A DNA stretch of 64,000 bases, taken from Aquificaceae bacterium. Lineage in GTDB: Bacteria; Aquificota; Aquificia; Aquificales; Aquificaceae. Position numbers and translations under genes: made by a program. Shown piece by piece: positions 39,897 to 48,794 of the stretch (within the stretch, counting starts at the first letter, position 1; each line of letters opens with the position of its first letter). Location: positions 14,703-78,702 of the forward strand of contig JAXSMZ010000004.1 in the NCBI GenBank assembly GCA_037924335.1. Reading direction: 5' to 3'. A model generated the notes under the pieces. It was not told where the DNA came from and did no database searches. It worked only from the letters and a program-made list of their open reading frames with translations.

Positions 39897-40300
39897 GGAT
39901 AAACACCCATTTTATGGACATCCGTCCACACCTCAGGTTTAGGGACTGACTGAAAGTATCTGTTCCTCTCAGCCAATCCCAATGCCTTACTCCAAAGACA
40001 CTCATACTGCTCATCAAGCAGGTTTTTGGTGACCTCCTCTCCTCTATTGAATAGAGGAGCTTCCCTTTCTCAGGGCATCACTTCCCGTCGGTCCAACGGT
40101 AGGGCATAGATTACTGCTTATGCCAGACAGGTTTATGTATTATTATTTTACCACAATTCATCTCTCCTTTGAAAAGGAGAGCCTTCTTGTGGTAGTTTTG
40201 TAAACACCAGCCCCACTTAACACGGTTAAGCAGGTTCCTGTTGGCATTCACATCAGCATGGAGTTTTTTGCCACATAGCTTGCACTCAAAACTGTCTCTT
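39893..40300 (-). pseudogene. tnpB: 3' remnant of a tnpB gene plus a structured 3' RNA, interrupted by mini-element copy 2
   Basis: 40300 down to about 40205 encodes RDSFECKLCGKKLHADVNANRNLL (Zn finger plus RuvC-III); long G-U-rich hairpins at 39942-39980 and 39893-39931. Confidence 0.75.
40029..40199 (-). mobile_element. ORF-less IS200/IS605 mini-element (MITE), copy 2
   Basis: Follows TTAC (40203-40200 on the minus strand) and ends in TCAC; near-identical to 12924-13093. Confidence 0.85.
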
Positions 40301-40597
40301 GTATTAGAAACTAATCACTGAATATATAGAAGTTTATAGACGCATATAGAAGTTTAGAAACATAAAGACCCCTTGACACTTTTGGTTGTATGGATATGTT
40401 ATAAAGAGGATAAAGGAGCTATGTGAGACCGCTGGTGTCCAGCTCTACATAGTTCCTTACACAAGCAGGGCTTGTCCTGAATGTGGATATCAGGACAAGA
40501 TGAACCGCGTAGGTGCGCGGTTCACAAGGGAGCTTATAGTCCCCTTGCCTGCTAAACCTCATTCTGTGGAATATTTTTCTATGGGATGAGGAACTAT
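40301..40597 (+). mobile_element. Internally deleted TnpB-element derivative, copy B (IS607-like?)
   Basis: Left end GTATTAGAAACTAATCACTG with repeated TAGAA(A/G) motifs; TnpB fragment WLYGYVIKRIKELCETAGV...YTSRACPECG; right end shared with copy A. Confidence 0.75.
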
Positions 40598-40661
40598 AAA
40601 GGCATGGAATGAGTATTTACAAGCCATTGCTGAAGTCTGTCATCAGGGGAAGCTAAGATGA
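40596..40661 (+). pseudogene. C-terminal remnant of a HyaE/HupG-like gene
   Basis: IKAWNEYLQAIAEVCHQGKLR* with an ATGA overlap to the HyaF-like gene; truncated by element copy B. Confidence 0.45.
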
Positions 40662-41032
40662 TAATGAACGCTCCAGCTATACTCAATGAAGTACTGCATG
40701 CACTTAAGAACTTTTACGAGAAAGAAGAAGAGCATATCATATACGTCAACAAGGTACCCATCACGGAGGAAGACAGGATAGCAATACTCGACGCATTGGG
40801 TGAAGGACAGGTAAGAATAAGGTTGGAGTCTAAGACTCAACCAGCAGAGTGGAGAGAAACGGGCATATACGGTGTGTGGATAGGTGTGTTCTTTGATAGG
40901 GATGGAAAGCCCATCTTAGAGACCATCGAGATAACAAGCTTCCCAAGATTGGCTTCATCACAAAAGGAAGATATAGCAGAGTCTATAAAGATATTGGAAG
41001 ATAGGATAAGTGTGCTCTTTAGTAAGCCTTAA
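40658..41032 (+). CDS. Hydrogenase expression/formation protein (HyaF/HupH-like)
   Basis: MNAPAILNE, LGEGQV, ETGIYGVW and ETIEIT. Confidence 0.8.
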   Translation: MIMNAPAILNEVLHALKNFYEKEEEHIIYVNKVPITEEDRIAILDALGEGQVRIRLESKTQPAEWRETGIYGVWIGVFFDRDGKPILETIEITSFPRLASSQKEDIAESIKILEDRISVLFSKP

Positions 41033-43274
41033 GAGGGTCGTACACAACCTGACCTAAGCAAAGTCCACCATCGTTGGGAGGTATCTTTTGGTGCGTGTAG
41101 ACTTTAAAATTTTTTTCTTCTAAGAGCTCCTTTATCTTCTTTACGAGAGGGTCGTTCTGCATAACACCACCAGAAAGACAAACCTTATCCATACCAACCC
41201 TGGAGGCTATATCTACACACAAAAAGGTTAACGTATTGATAAACCTTGAGGGTACTTTTTCCTTTTTTCTATCCTCTATAATGGCTTCAAAGGTTGGTCT
41301 CCAATCTATGAGTACTCCATCCACAGCGTAGGGGTATGAGTCCCTTACGTATGGGTCGTATAGGTCTTCCAACATCATAGCAGCTTGCCCTTCGTAAGAC
41401 ACAGTTTGCTTTATCCCCAATATAGAAGCTACAGCATCGAAAAGCCTACCCACTGAGCTTGAGTAAGGAGAGTTTATGCCCCTGGACCATGCAATGTAAA
41501 GGTTCTTTAGCTCACTCTCTCTAAAGGACCTTAGAAACTCTAAAGGCATGCTCAAAGCCTTCTCATTGTAAAGTTCAAAGAGTATAGATAGAGCAACCCT
41601 TCTTGGCTCTTTCACAGCCTTCTCTCCACCTATAAGCCTGAAAGGCTTAAAGTAAAATACCCTCTCATAGTTTCTGTAATCACATACCAAAAACTCACCC
41701 CCCCAGAGCGTTCCATCATCGCCATAGCCTGTTCCATCCCAAGCTATACCAAGAACCCTATCCTCTATCCCTCTCTCCGCCATGCACGAAAGCACATGAG
41801 CATAGTGGTGTTGAAGCTTTATAAGTGTTAGTCCCTTTTTTTGGGAGAAGCTTTCCGCCCACCTTGTGGTCTCGTATCTGGGATGAAGGTCGCATACAAC
41901 AAGCTCTGGCTCAAACTCATAAAGATCCATGAGGTCAAAAACCATATCTTCAAAGCTTTTGAGGGTTTCTATATTCTCTATATCTCCCACATGCTGACTG
42001 AGAATTACATTATCATCAAAGCCTAAAGCGAACGTATTTTTGAGCATACCACCAACTGCTAAAACCCTTCTCTTTAGCTTGAAGGGGAGTCTTATGGGCA
42101 AAGGCACATAACCCCTTGACCTCCTCATAAAAATGGGCACATCCGCCACAACCTTTACAACAGAATCATCACACCTTCTTTTAATATCCCTGTCATGGAT
42201 AAGCACAAGGTCTGCATACTGGGTTAACTTCTCCATAGCCTCCTGGTTATCCTTAACTATGGGCTCATCCGATACGTTTCCAGAGGTGGCTATTAGCGGA
42301 AGGTCAAGATGGTCCAGTATAATGTGATGCAAAGGAGAGTAAGGAAGAAAGGCTCCAACCCTCTTTAGATTGGGCGCAACGGATGGTGAAAGTCCTTCTT
42401 TCTTCTTTATGAGAACTATAGGTCTTTCAGGTGAAAGGAGAAGGGCTTTTTCCATCTCTGTAGGCTCCGCATACTTGCAGACTTGATCAACATCTTTGAA
42501 CATAACAGCAAAGGGCTTTTCCTGCCTTCTTTTTCTTACTCTGAGTAGCCTTACAGATTCCTCCCTTGTGGCATCACACATAAGGTGAAAGCCTCCTATG
42601 CCTTTTACAGCAACTATATTACCTTCTTTGATGGCTTCTATGAGAACCTTTAAACTTTCTTCCCCTTTGGCCAACACCTCTCTGTATCTGTCTACAAGTG
42701 TCAGCGATGGACCACAGGAAGGACACGCTGTAGGTTCTGCATGAAATCTCCTGTCTCTCGGGTCTCTATACTCCCGCTCACACAAAGGACACATCTTAAA
42801 ACCTTTCATGGTTGTGTTGGACCTGTCGTAAGGTAGCCCTTCAATTATGGTAAACCTTGGTCCACAGTTGGTACAGTTTATAAAGGGATACATGTATCGC
42901 CTGTCTTTTGGGTCGAGAAGCTCTTTCAAACACCAATGGCATGTAGCTATATCTGGAAGTATCAAAACTTCCTTCTTTCCCCCCTCCTTACTCTTCCTTA
43001 TTTCAAAGGTTTCATACCCTATGTCCTCCAAGTATTCCACATCTTGGGAGTATATATGGGACAAAGGAGGTTTTTCTGTGCTAAGTTTTACCAGGAAGAC
43101 CTCTACTGCTTCCTTTTTCCCCTCCACCTCTATCTCAACACCAGAGGAGTTGTTTATAACCCAGCCCTTTAGCCCAAGCTGGGTAGCTATTCTGAAGACA
43201 AAGGGTCTAAAGCCCACACCTTGGACAGCACCTTTAAGCTTTATCTTCAACCTCACTATTTTAATTCTATGCAC
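41019..43274 (-). CDS. hypF: Carbamoyltransferase HypF (start approximate)
   Basis: GAVQGVGFRPF, zinc fingers, QHHYAH and PPNDGG. Confidence 0.96.
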   Translation of the reverse strand: MHRIKIVRLKIKLKGAVQGVGFRPFVFRIATQLGLKGWVINNSSGVEIEVEGKKEAVEVFLVKLSTEKPPLSHIYSQDVEYLEDIGYETFEIRKSKEGGKKEVLILPDIATCHWCLKELLDPKDRRYMYPFINCTNCGPRFTIIEGLPYDRSNTTMKGFKMCPLCEREYRDPRDRRFHAEPTACPSCGPSLTLVDRYREVLAKGEESLKVLIEAIKEGNIVAVKGIGGFHLMCDATREESVRLLRVRKRRQEKPFAVMFKDVDQVCKYAEPTEMEKALLLSPERPIVLIKKKEGLSPSVAPNLKRVGAFLPYSPLHHIILDHLDLPLIATSGNVSDEPIVKDNQEAMEKLTQYADLVLIHDRDIKRRCDDSVVKVVADVPIFMRRSRGYVPLPIRLPFKLKRRVLAVGGMLKNTFALGFDDNVILSQHVGDIENIETLKSFEDMVFDLMDLYEFEPELVVCDLHPRYETTRWAESFSQKKGLTLIKLQHHYAHVLSCMAERGIEDRVLGIAWDGTGYGDDGTLWGGEFLVCDYRNYERVFYFKPFRLIGGEKAVKEPRRVALSILFELYNEKALSMPLEFLRSFRESELKNLYIAWSRGINSPYSSSVGRLFDAVASILGIKQTVSYEGQAAMMLEDLYDPYVRDSYPYAVDGVLIDWRPTFEAIIEDRKKEKVPSRFINTLTFLCVDIASRVGMDKVCLSGGVMQNDPLVKKIKELLEEKNFKVYTHQKIPPNDGGLCLGQVVYDPLKAY

Positions 43275-43390
43275 ATGACTCTAAAGGTCTATTGGATTTT
43301 ATAAGTTTTTAAAAAATGATTCTTATCATTTGACATCTTTAATTAATATGTTATATCCTTCCCTATCAAAAACTTAAGAGGAGGTATAAC

Positions 43391-44446
43391 ATGAAGGAGC
43401 TCCTGCTAACAACCTCTATCTTTTGTGCAAGTGCTTTCGGCTTAGCAGCCTTTGCTCAAAGGATGTCAATGGACATAATAACACCGAAAGAAGTAAGACA
43501 ATACTTTTCTCCCATAACTCAGAAAGTAGCAGACAATCCTGAAAACCCTGTGACTCCTCAAAAGGTGGATTTGGGCAAGATGCTCTTCCATGATCCAAGA
43601 CTTTCCAAAACGGGTAATATGAGTTGCAACACCTGTCATAATCTTACCAACTATGGTATTCTAAATATACCTAAAGAGATAGGGAATAAAGGTCAAATCG
43701 GTATTTATAACATTCCGACAGTTTATAACGTAGCCTTTAACACGGTCATACTCTGGGAAGCTAGATTCAAGAACGTAGAGGAGCAAGCAAACCGTCCTAT
43801 ACTTAACCCCATACAGGGAGCTATGCCAAATGGAGAGGCAGTTGTAAAGCTGATAGAATCTATCCCTGGATACAGAGAACTCTTCGCCAAAGCATTTCCA
43901 ACTGAGAATAAGCCTATCACGTTTGAAAATGTGAGCAAAGCAATAGCTGCCTTTGAAAGGACGCTTATAACTCCTTCTCGCTTTGATAAATTCTTAGAAG
44001 GAGATGAAAAGGCTTTAACACAAGAGGAGAAAAGAGGCCTGCGCTTATTTGTAGATAAAGGATGCATAGCATGTCACAACGGTATAGGTGTAGGCGGGGG
44101 TATGTTTCAAAAGATGGGTATAGTAAAACCTTATAACTCCACAAGCCCATCTAAGGGAAGGTATGATGTTACCAAAAAGCCAGAAGACATGTACGTTTTC
44201 AAGGTTCCTTCTCTTAGAAATGTCGAAAGAACATATCCTTACTTCCACGATGGTCAAGTCTGGAGTTTGGAAGAGGCTGTAAGGATAATGGCAGATATCC
44301 AGCTTGGTCTGCAGCTAAAGGATGACGAGGTAAAGGCAATAGTTGCCTTTCTTAGGTCTTTGACGGGAGAGATCCCAATGGATGCTTTGACGCTACCGGT
44401 CCTTCCTGCATCCACAAAGGATACACCAAAACCATCCCTTGACTGA
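43391..44446 (+). CDS. Di-heme cytochrome c peroxidase family protein (divergent)
   Basis: CNTCH, CIACH and FKVPSLRNV..TYPYFHDG. Confidence 0.85.
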   Translation: MKELLLTTSIFCASAFGLAAFAQRMSMDIITPKEVRQYFSPITQKVADNPENPVTPQKVDLGKMLFHDPRLSKTGNMSCNTCHNLTNYGILNIPKEIGNKGQIGIYNIPTVYNVAFNTVILWEARFKNVEEQANRPILNPIQGAMPNGEAVVKLIESIPGYRELFAKAFPTENKPITFENVSKAIAAFERTLITPSRFDKFLEGDEKALTQEEKRGLRLFVDKGCIACHNGIGVGGGMFQKMGIVKPYNSTSPSKGRYDVTKKPEDMYVFKVPSLRNVERTYPYFHDGQVWSLEEAVRIMADIQLGLQLKDDEVKAIVAFLRSLTGEIPMDALTLPVLPASTKDTPKPSLD

Positions 44447-44473
44447 TGGAGCCCTGTCGCTTAAAGAAGTAGT

Positions 44474-44824
44474 TTAATCCTCACACTCCATCTCTAAACT
44501 CTTGAGAAGCAGATCCTCCCCACCTTTTATGCGTGTTTTTAGAGAACCACACACAGGGCAAGCAACGTTCAACTCTTCTTTTTCGCTCTCCACAAGGCAG
44601 TCCTCGCACCAAACTTTTAGCCTTTCCACTTCTATAATAAACTCAGCCTTCTCTGCAATAGTTCCCTCTTTAAAAGTCTCAAAGGCAAACTCTAAAAGGT
44701 GTGGCTCTACACCCGATAAAACCCCAACGATCACAACAACCTTTGTTATCCTCTTGGCACCGTTCTCCCTAGCATACTTCTCTATAAGGGCAATAAGACT
44801 TTGAACTACTGAAAATTCATGCAT
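44474..44824 (-). CDS. hypA: Hydrogenase nickel chaperone HypA
   Basis: MHEFS and two CxxC motifs. Confidence 0.95.
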   Translation of the reverse strand: MHEFSVVQSLIALIEKYARENGAKRITKVVVIVGVLSGVEPHLLEFAFETFKEGTIAEKAEFIIEVERLKVWCEDCLVESEKEELNVACPVCGSLKTRIKGGEDLLLKSLEMECED

Positions 44825-45826
44825 CTAACAGATCCTTGGCAACAGCTCACCCATAGGCGGTTCAAGTATCCTGTGCGTACCATAAGGAGTTTTGAAGAAA
44901 ACTTTAGGAATTCCGTCAGAAGGTAGAGCCTCTCCTATTATTGCTGCATCTTTACCGTCAGGATGATTTCTAATAGCGTTTAGAACCTTTTGTCCATTTT
45001 CAGATGGTACTGCCAAAAGAAGCCTCCCTTCACAGGCAAGATGGAAGGGTTCAAGGCCCAAAAGGTCACACAGCCCAACAACTGGTTCTTTGATGGGTAT
45101 GCTTTCCTGATCTATTAAAAAAGATACGTCCGAAGCAAAGGACCACTCGTAAAGGACTGCTGACAGACCTCCCCTAGTTGGGTCTCTCATGGCATGTATT
45201 GTGGCGCCGGTGTTTATTATACACTCCACAAGGCTCCACAGGCTGTTACAATCGCTCTGGAGCTCCATATCCACGTTTATACCTTCCCTTTGGGCAAGTA
45301 TGCATGCACCATGATCTCCTATGCTCCCCGATACTATGACCACATCTCCAGGTCTTACATTCTTACAGGATATCCCATCGTAAACAACTTCTCCTATACC
45401 CGACGTGTTTATAAAGAGCCCATCCACGCTACCTTTGGGTACAACTTTAGTATCACCTGTCACTATGAGTGCTCCAACTTTTTGGGCCTCATCTCTCATA
45501 CTCTTAACAATAATTTCAAGATCTTCAAGAGAAAAACCCTCTTCTATTATAAAACCTGCAGACAGGTAAAGGGGCTTGGCTCCCATCACAGAAATGTCAT
45601 TGACAGTTCCAGCAACTGCAAGCTTACCTATGTTTCCGCCGTTGAAAAATATGGGCTTCACAGTGAAAGAGTCCGTTGTAAAAGCCAGCTTGGAATTTAT
45701 CTCCAATATGGCTGAGTCTTCAAGTTTACTCAGTTTTTCATTGTAGAAATACTTTATAAATACATCCTTTATTAATCTCCAAGTTTCCTCTCCACCACCA
45801 CCGGACGAAAGAAGAACTTTTCTCAT
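44825..45826 (-). CDS. hypE: Hydrogenase maturation protein HypE
   Basis: TTDSF, RDPTRGG and C-terminal LPRIC. Confidence 0.96.
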   Translation of the reverse strand: MRKVLLSSGGGGEETWRLIKDVFIKYFYNEKLSKLEDSAILEINSKLAFTTDSFTVKPIFFNGGNIGKLAVAGTVNDISVMGAKPLYLSAGFIIEEGFSLEDLEIIVKSMRDEAQKVGALIVTGDTKVVPKGSVDGLFINTSGIGEVVYDGISCKNVRPGDVVIVSGSIGDHGACILAQREGINVDMELQSDCNSLWSLVECIINTGATIHAMRDPTRGGLSAVLYEWSFASDVSFLIDQESIPIKEPVVGLCDLLGLEPFHLACEGRLLLAVPSENGQKVLNAIRNHPDGKDAAIIGEALPSDGIPKVFFKTPYGTHRILEPPMGELLPRIC

Positions 45827-45836
45827 CCATATCCTC

Positions 45837-47153
45837 CTAACGGGTAGTGCATACAGAGCATACGTCAAAGCTCCTTAGCACCATCTCTGCCTGCACTGGG
45901 TTTCTTAAGCCAACTATAGCCTTTTCTGCAACACCCAAAAATCTCTCGCACCTTGGTCCCAAGTTCCACACGGAAGGTGTTATTATCTGATACCTAACTA
46001 TGGCACCTTTCTCTATCCATACACGGTGTATAAGTGTTCCTCTGGCTGCTTCAACAATGCCAACACCGCTCCCCGAGATATCCTCTGGCTTTCTATAAGA
46101 TGAGTAAAAAGATGGCTCATCAACAGAAGTATAGATAGAAATAAGCTTATCCTTCACTGCAACAAGCATTTCCCAAACTTCAAGAACACGGGAGATGACC
46201 CTTGTAACGTAACTGTCTTTAAAACTCTTGTGTACCCTTTTAATAAAGGGGTTTCCAGACAAAAACTGCCTGGCAAGAGGTCCAGTCTCATAAGGCAGTC
46301 CACCGTATCTAACAGCTCTAGCAGCTGAGTATGGGCTCTCATAACACTCTTTGACCTTTGAAAGGTTGAAAAAGCACAGTTTTTTCTCACCAGTAAAATG
46401 CCCAGGGCTTACAAAAGGGAAGACCTCCCCACCTGTTATGAACCTGTTGTAAGATATGCCGAATTCTTCCATTCTGTGCTTCATGCATAGCTCTATAAAA
46501 ATCCCCAAGTCTCCCCTGACATCCTCCCACAAGCCAGCCCCTCTTATGCTTTGAAAATCATCCTCTCCCATCCCCACCATATCCTCAAGGAAAAAGAGGA
46601 AGACTCTATCGAGTATAAGCAGAGCCTTAGATACGTCAGAATAAGTAGGGTTTGATGTAATACCTCCAGGAACTGCGTAGGAAGAGTGTGGCCATTGACC
46701 ACCAAACAAAGCCACAATCTTCAAAAGTTCTGAGGACACATTCAGTGCCTTCTTCCACTTTTCACCCCTGAAGGGCTCAAACCCGTTTAGACCCTCTCCA
46801 AGTCTTAAAAAGTCAGGCATAACAAAGAGATAGAACCACTTTATGTGGTTATGGATGATCTCTATCAGAAGGGTTATGTCCCTTAGCAATTTTGCCTTTC
46901 TGGAAAGTTTAACCTTACCTATGGCATCCTCTATAGCCTTTACGCAAGCCATTAGGTGTGCATGACCGCATATACCGCATACCCTTGGCGTTATAACAAG
47001 AGCGTCCATAAAAGGCCTTCCTTCAAGTACCCTCTCAATACCCCTAGAAGTTGGTATTCTTACCTTGGCATCGTTTATCTGTCCGTTCTTCCAAGAGAGC
47101 TCCAGCTCTGCAGTACCCTCAACTCTAGACAACAACCTCCTCTCAATCCTCAA
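45837..47153 (-). CDS. [NiFe] hydrogenase large subunit, group 2 (2d-like)
   Basis: RVEG, L1 motif PRVCGICGHAH, L2 motif SFDVCSVCTTR at the very C-terminus. Confidence 0.88.
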   Translation of the reverse strand: MRIERRLLSRVEGTAELELSWKNGQINDAKVRIPTSRGIERVLEGRPFMDALVITPRVCGICGHAHLMACVKAIEDAIGKVKLSRKAKLLRDITLLIEIIHNHIKWFYLFVMPDFLRLGEGLNGFEPFRGEKWKKALNVSSELLKIVALFGGQWPHSSYAVPGGITSNPTYSDVSKALLILDRVFLFFLEDMVGMGEDDFQSIRGAGLWEDVRGDLGIFIELCMKHRMEEFGISYNRFITGGEVFPFVSPGHFTGEKKLCFFNLSKVKECYESPYSAARAVRYGGLPYETGPLARQFLSGNPFIKRVHKSFKDSYVTRVISRVLEVWEMLVAVKDKLISIYTSVDEPSFYSSYRKPEDISGSGVGIVEAARGTLIHRVWIEKGAIVRYQIITPSVWNLGPRCERFLGVAEKAIVGLRNPVQAEMVLRSFDVCSVCTTR

Positions 47154-48000
47154 CTTTTAACCTCTCAGGCGCAAAGACCTTTGCAACTCCGGAGATCATT
47201 ATGTATCCCCTCTTAGAAACACCTATGGGAAGCTCTGCCGGTAAGCCGGCGAACTGCTTCGTTTCAAAGAGACCCATCCTTGGAAAATCAAACTCTGTAC
47301 AACCAAAGCATGGAGTCCCAGCTCTAGTTTTCGAACTGACGCAGTTCCACAGTACAGTATTGCATGAGGAGTGGGTCATGGGACCTCTACAACCGAAGTT
47401 ATAAAAAAGGCAGCCCTTTTTAGAACCTAGCTGGTGCGTCTCTACTTTCCATTCAAAGTACTCGTTCCTTATGCATCCCCAATGCGTCAGATTTGAATAA
47501 TAATCCTTCGGTCTTCCCCATTCATCCAGCTTAAGCTTTGTACCCATGGATAAGTTCAGGAGGGTCCCAGCTATCCATTCGGGATGAGCAGGACATCCAG
47601 GTATGTTTATTACAGGAAGTCCACCCTTTGAGAGGAAATCAGTCCCTAAGAGTCCACCCTTCTCTTTGAACCTGTAACCGAGGCCAGAGACATCTTCCCT
47701 ATGAAGGGCTGGAATGTTCCCATAGGATGCACAGCTTCCAACAGCAACAACAAAATCAACAACTTCAGATATCCTTTTTACCTCTTTATCATCTTTTTGT
47801 ACAGCACCTTCAACAACGAGCACGTCAATCCTCTGTCCTCCGCTGAGCACTCTCTGCAATACTCTATGCTCACTCTCATTTGAAAGGGAAGGATGAAAGG
47901 CAAAATCTACGTTTTTTAACAGTGCCTCAATTTTTTCATAGTTTAGAAATGAGTGGGTGTTGCCACAGCAAGAGAGCCTCTGAAGCCACAGAATTCTCAT
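47143..48000 (-). CDS. [NiFe] hydrogenase small subunit, cytoplasmic
   Basis: WLQRLSCCGNTHS, GCPAHPEW, GCRGP and CFGC; no Tat signal. Confidence 0.88.
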   Translation of the reverse strand: MRILWLQRLSCCGNTHSFLNYEKIEALLKNVDFAFHPSLSNESEHRVLQRVLSGGQRIDVLVVEGAVQKDDKEVKRISEVVDFVVAVGSCASYGNIPALHREDVSGLGYRFKEKGGLLGTDFLSKGGLPVINIPGCPAHPEWIAGTLLNLSMGTKLKLDEWGRPKDYYSNLTHWGCIRNEYFEWKVETHQLGSKKGCLFYNFGCRGPMTHSSCNTVLWNCVSSKTRAGTPCFGCTEFDFPRMGLFETKQFAGLPAELPIGVSKRGYIMISGVAKVFAPERLKVED

Positions 48001-48713
48001 CTTACAGCTTTTTTGTACATCTTCACTTTTAACTTTATGTAATCTATCCATTCTTCTAAACCTTCCCCAGTTTTGCAAGAAAGCATTATTACATCTACGC
48101 TTGGCTTTATCCTCCTTGCAGAACTTATGGCTTCTCCAGGATTAAATTCCACGTAGGGGATAAGGTCCATCTTCGTTATAAGGAGGAGGTCTGCAGACCT
48201 AAACATAACAGGGTACTTCTCGGGTTTATCATCCCCCTCCGTCGTAGAGAGCAAAACCACGTTCAGATGGGCTCCTACATCGTAGGATGCTGGACAAACA
48301 AGATTTCCTACATTCTCCACAAATACCAAGTCAAGCTCTTCCATGGGAAGGTTATGTATACCCCCATGAACCATGAAGGCATCAAGATGACACGCACTAC
48401 CCGTAGTGATCTGGTAAGCGGGTGCTCCTTTTGCTTTTATCCTTTCTGCATCCCTGTTTGTTTCCAGGTCTCCTTCTATAACACCTATTCTAAAGTCTTT
48501 TCCCAGAATGTCTATTGTTCTCTCCAAAAGGGTTGTTTTGCCAGACCCCGGCGAACTCATAAGATTTATACAGTACACACCACACTCCTCAAAATGCTCC
48601 CTATTTTCTTGAGCTTGTTTGTCGTTAGCTTCGAGCACTTTTGCAAGAGCTTGAACAGTCTTGTGAGAAGAATGGTCATGTTCTGTGATTGAGCAACCAC
48701 ACTCTCTACACAT
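47997..48713 (-). CDS. hypB: Hydrogenase nickel incorporation GTPase HypB
   Basis: MCRECGC, SPGSGKT, CHLDA and ENVGNLVCPA. Confidence 0.96.
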   Translation of the reverse strand: MCRECGCSITEHDHSSHKTVQALAKVLEANDKQAQENREHFEECGVYCINLMSSPGSGKTTLLERTIDILGKDFRIGVIEGDLETNRDAERIKAKGAPAYQITTGSACHLDAFMVHGGIHNLPMEELDLVFVENVGNLVCPASYDVGAHLNVVLLSTTEGDDKPEKYPVMFRSADLLLITKMDLIPYVEFNPGEAISSARRIKPSVDVIMLSCKTGEGLEEWIDYIKLKVKMYKKAVR

Positions 48714-48794
48714 GGCAACCTCCGAATAGTTATTCATTCTTTAATATATATCCTTTAAAGTAGGTTGCAAGGTAGCCAAAGTATAATATTATCC

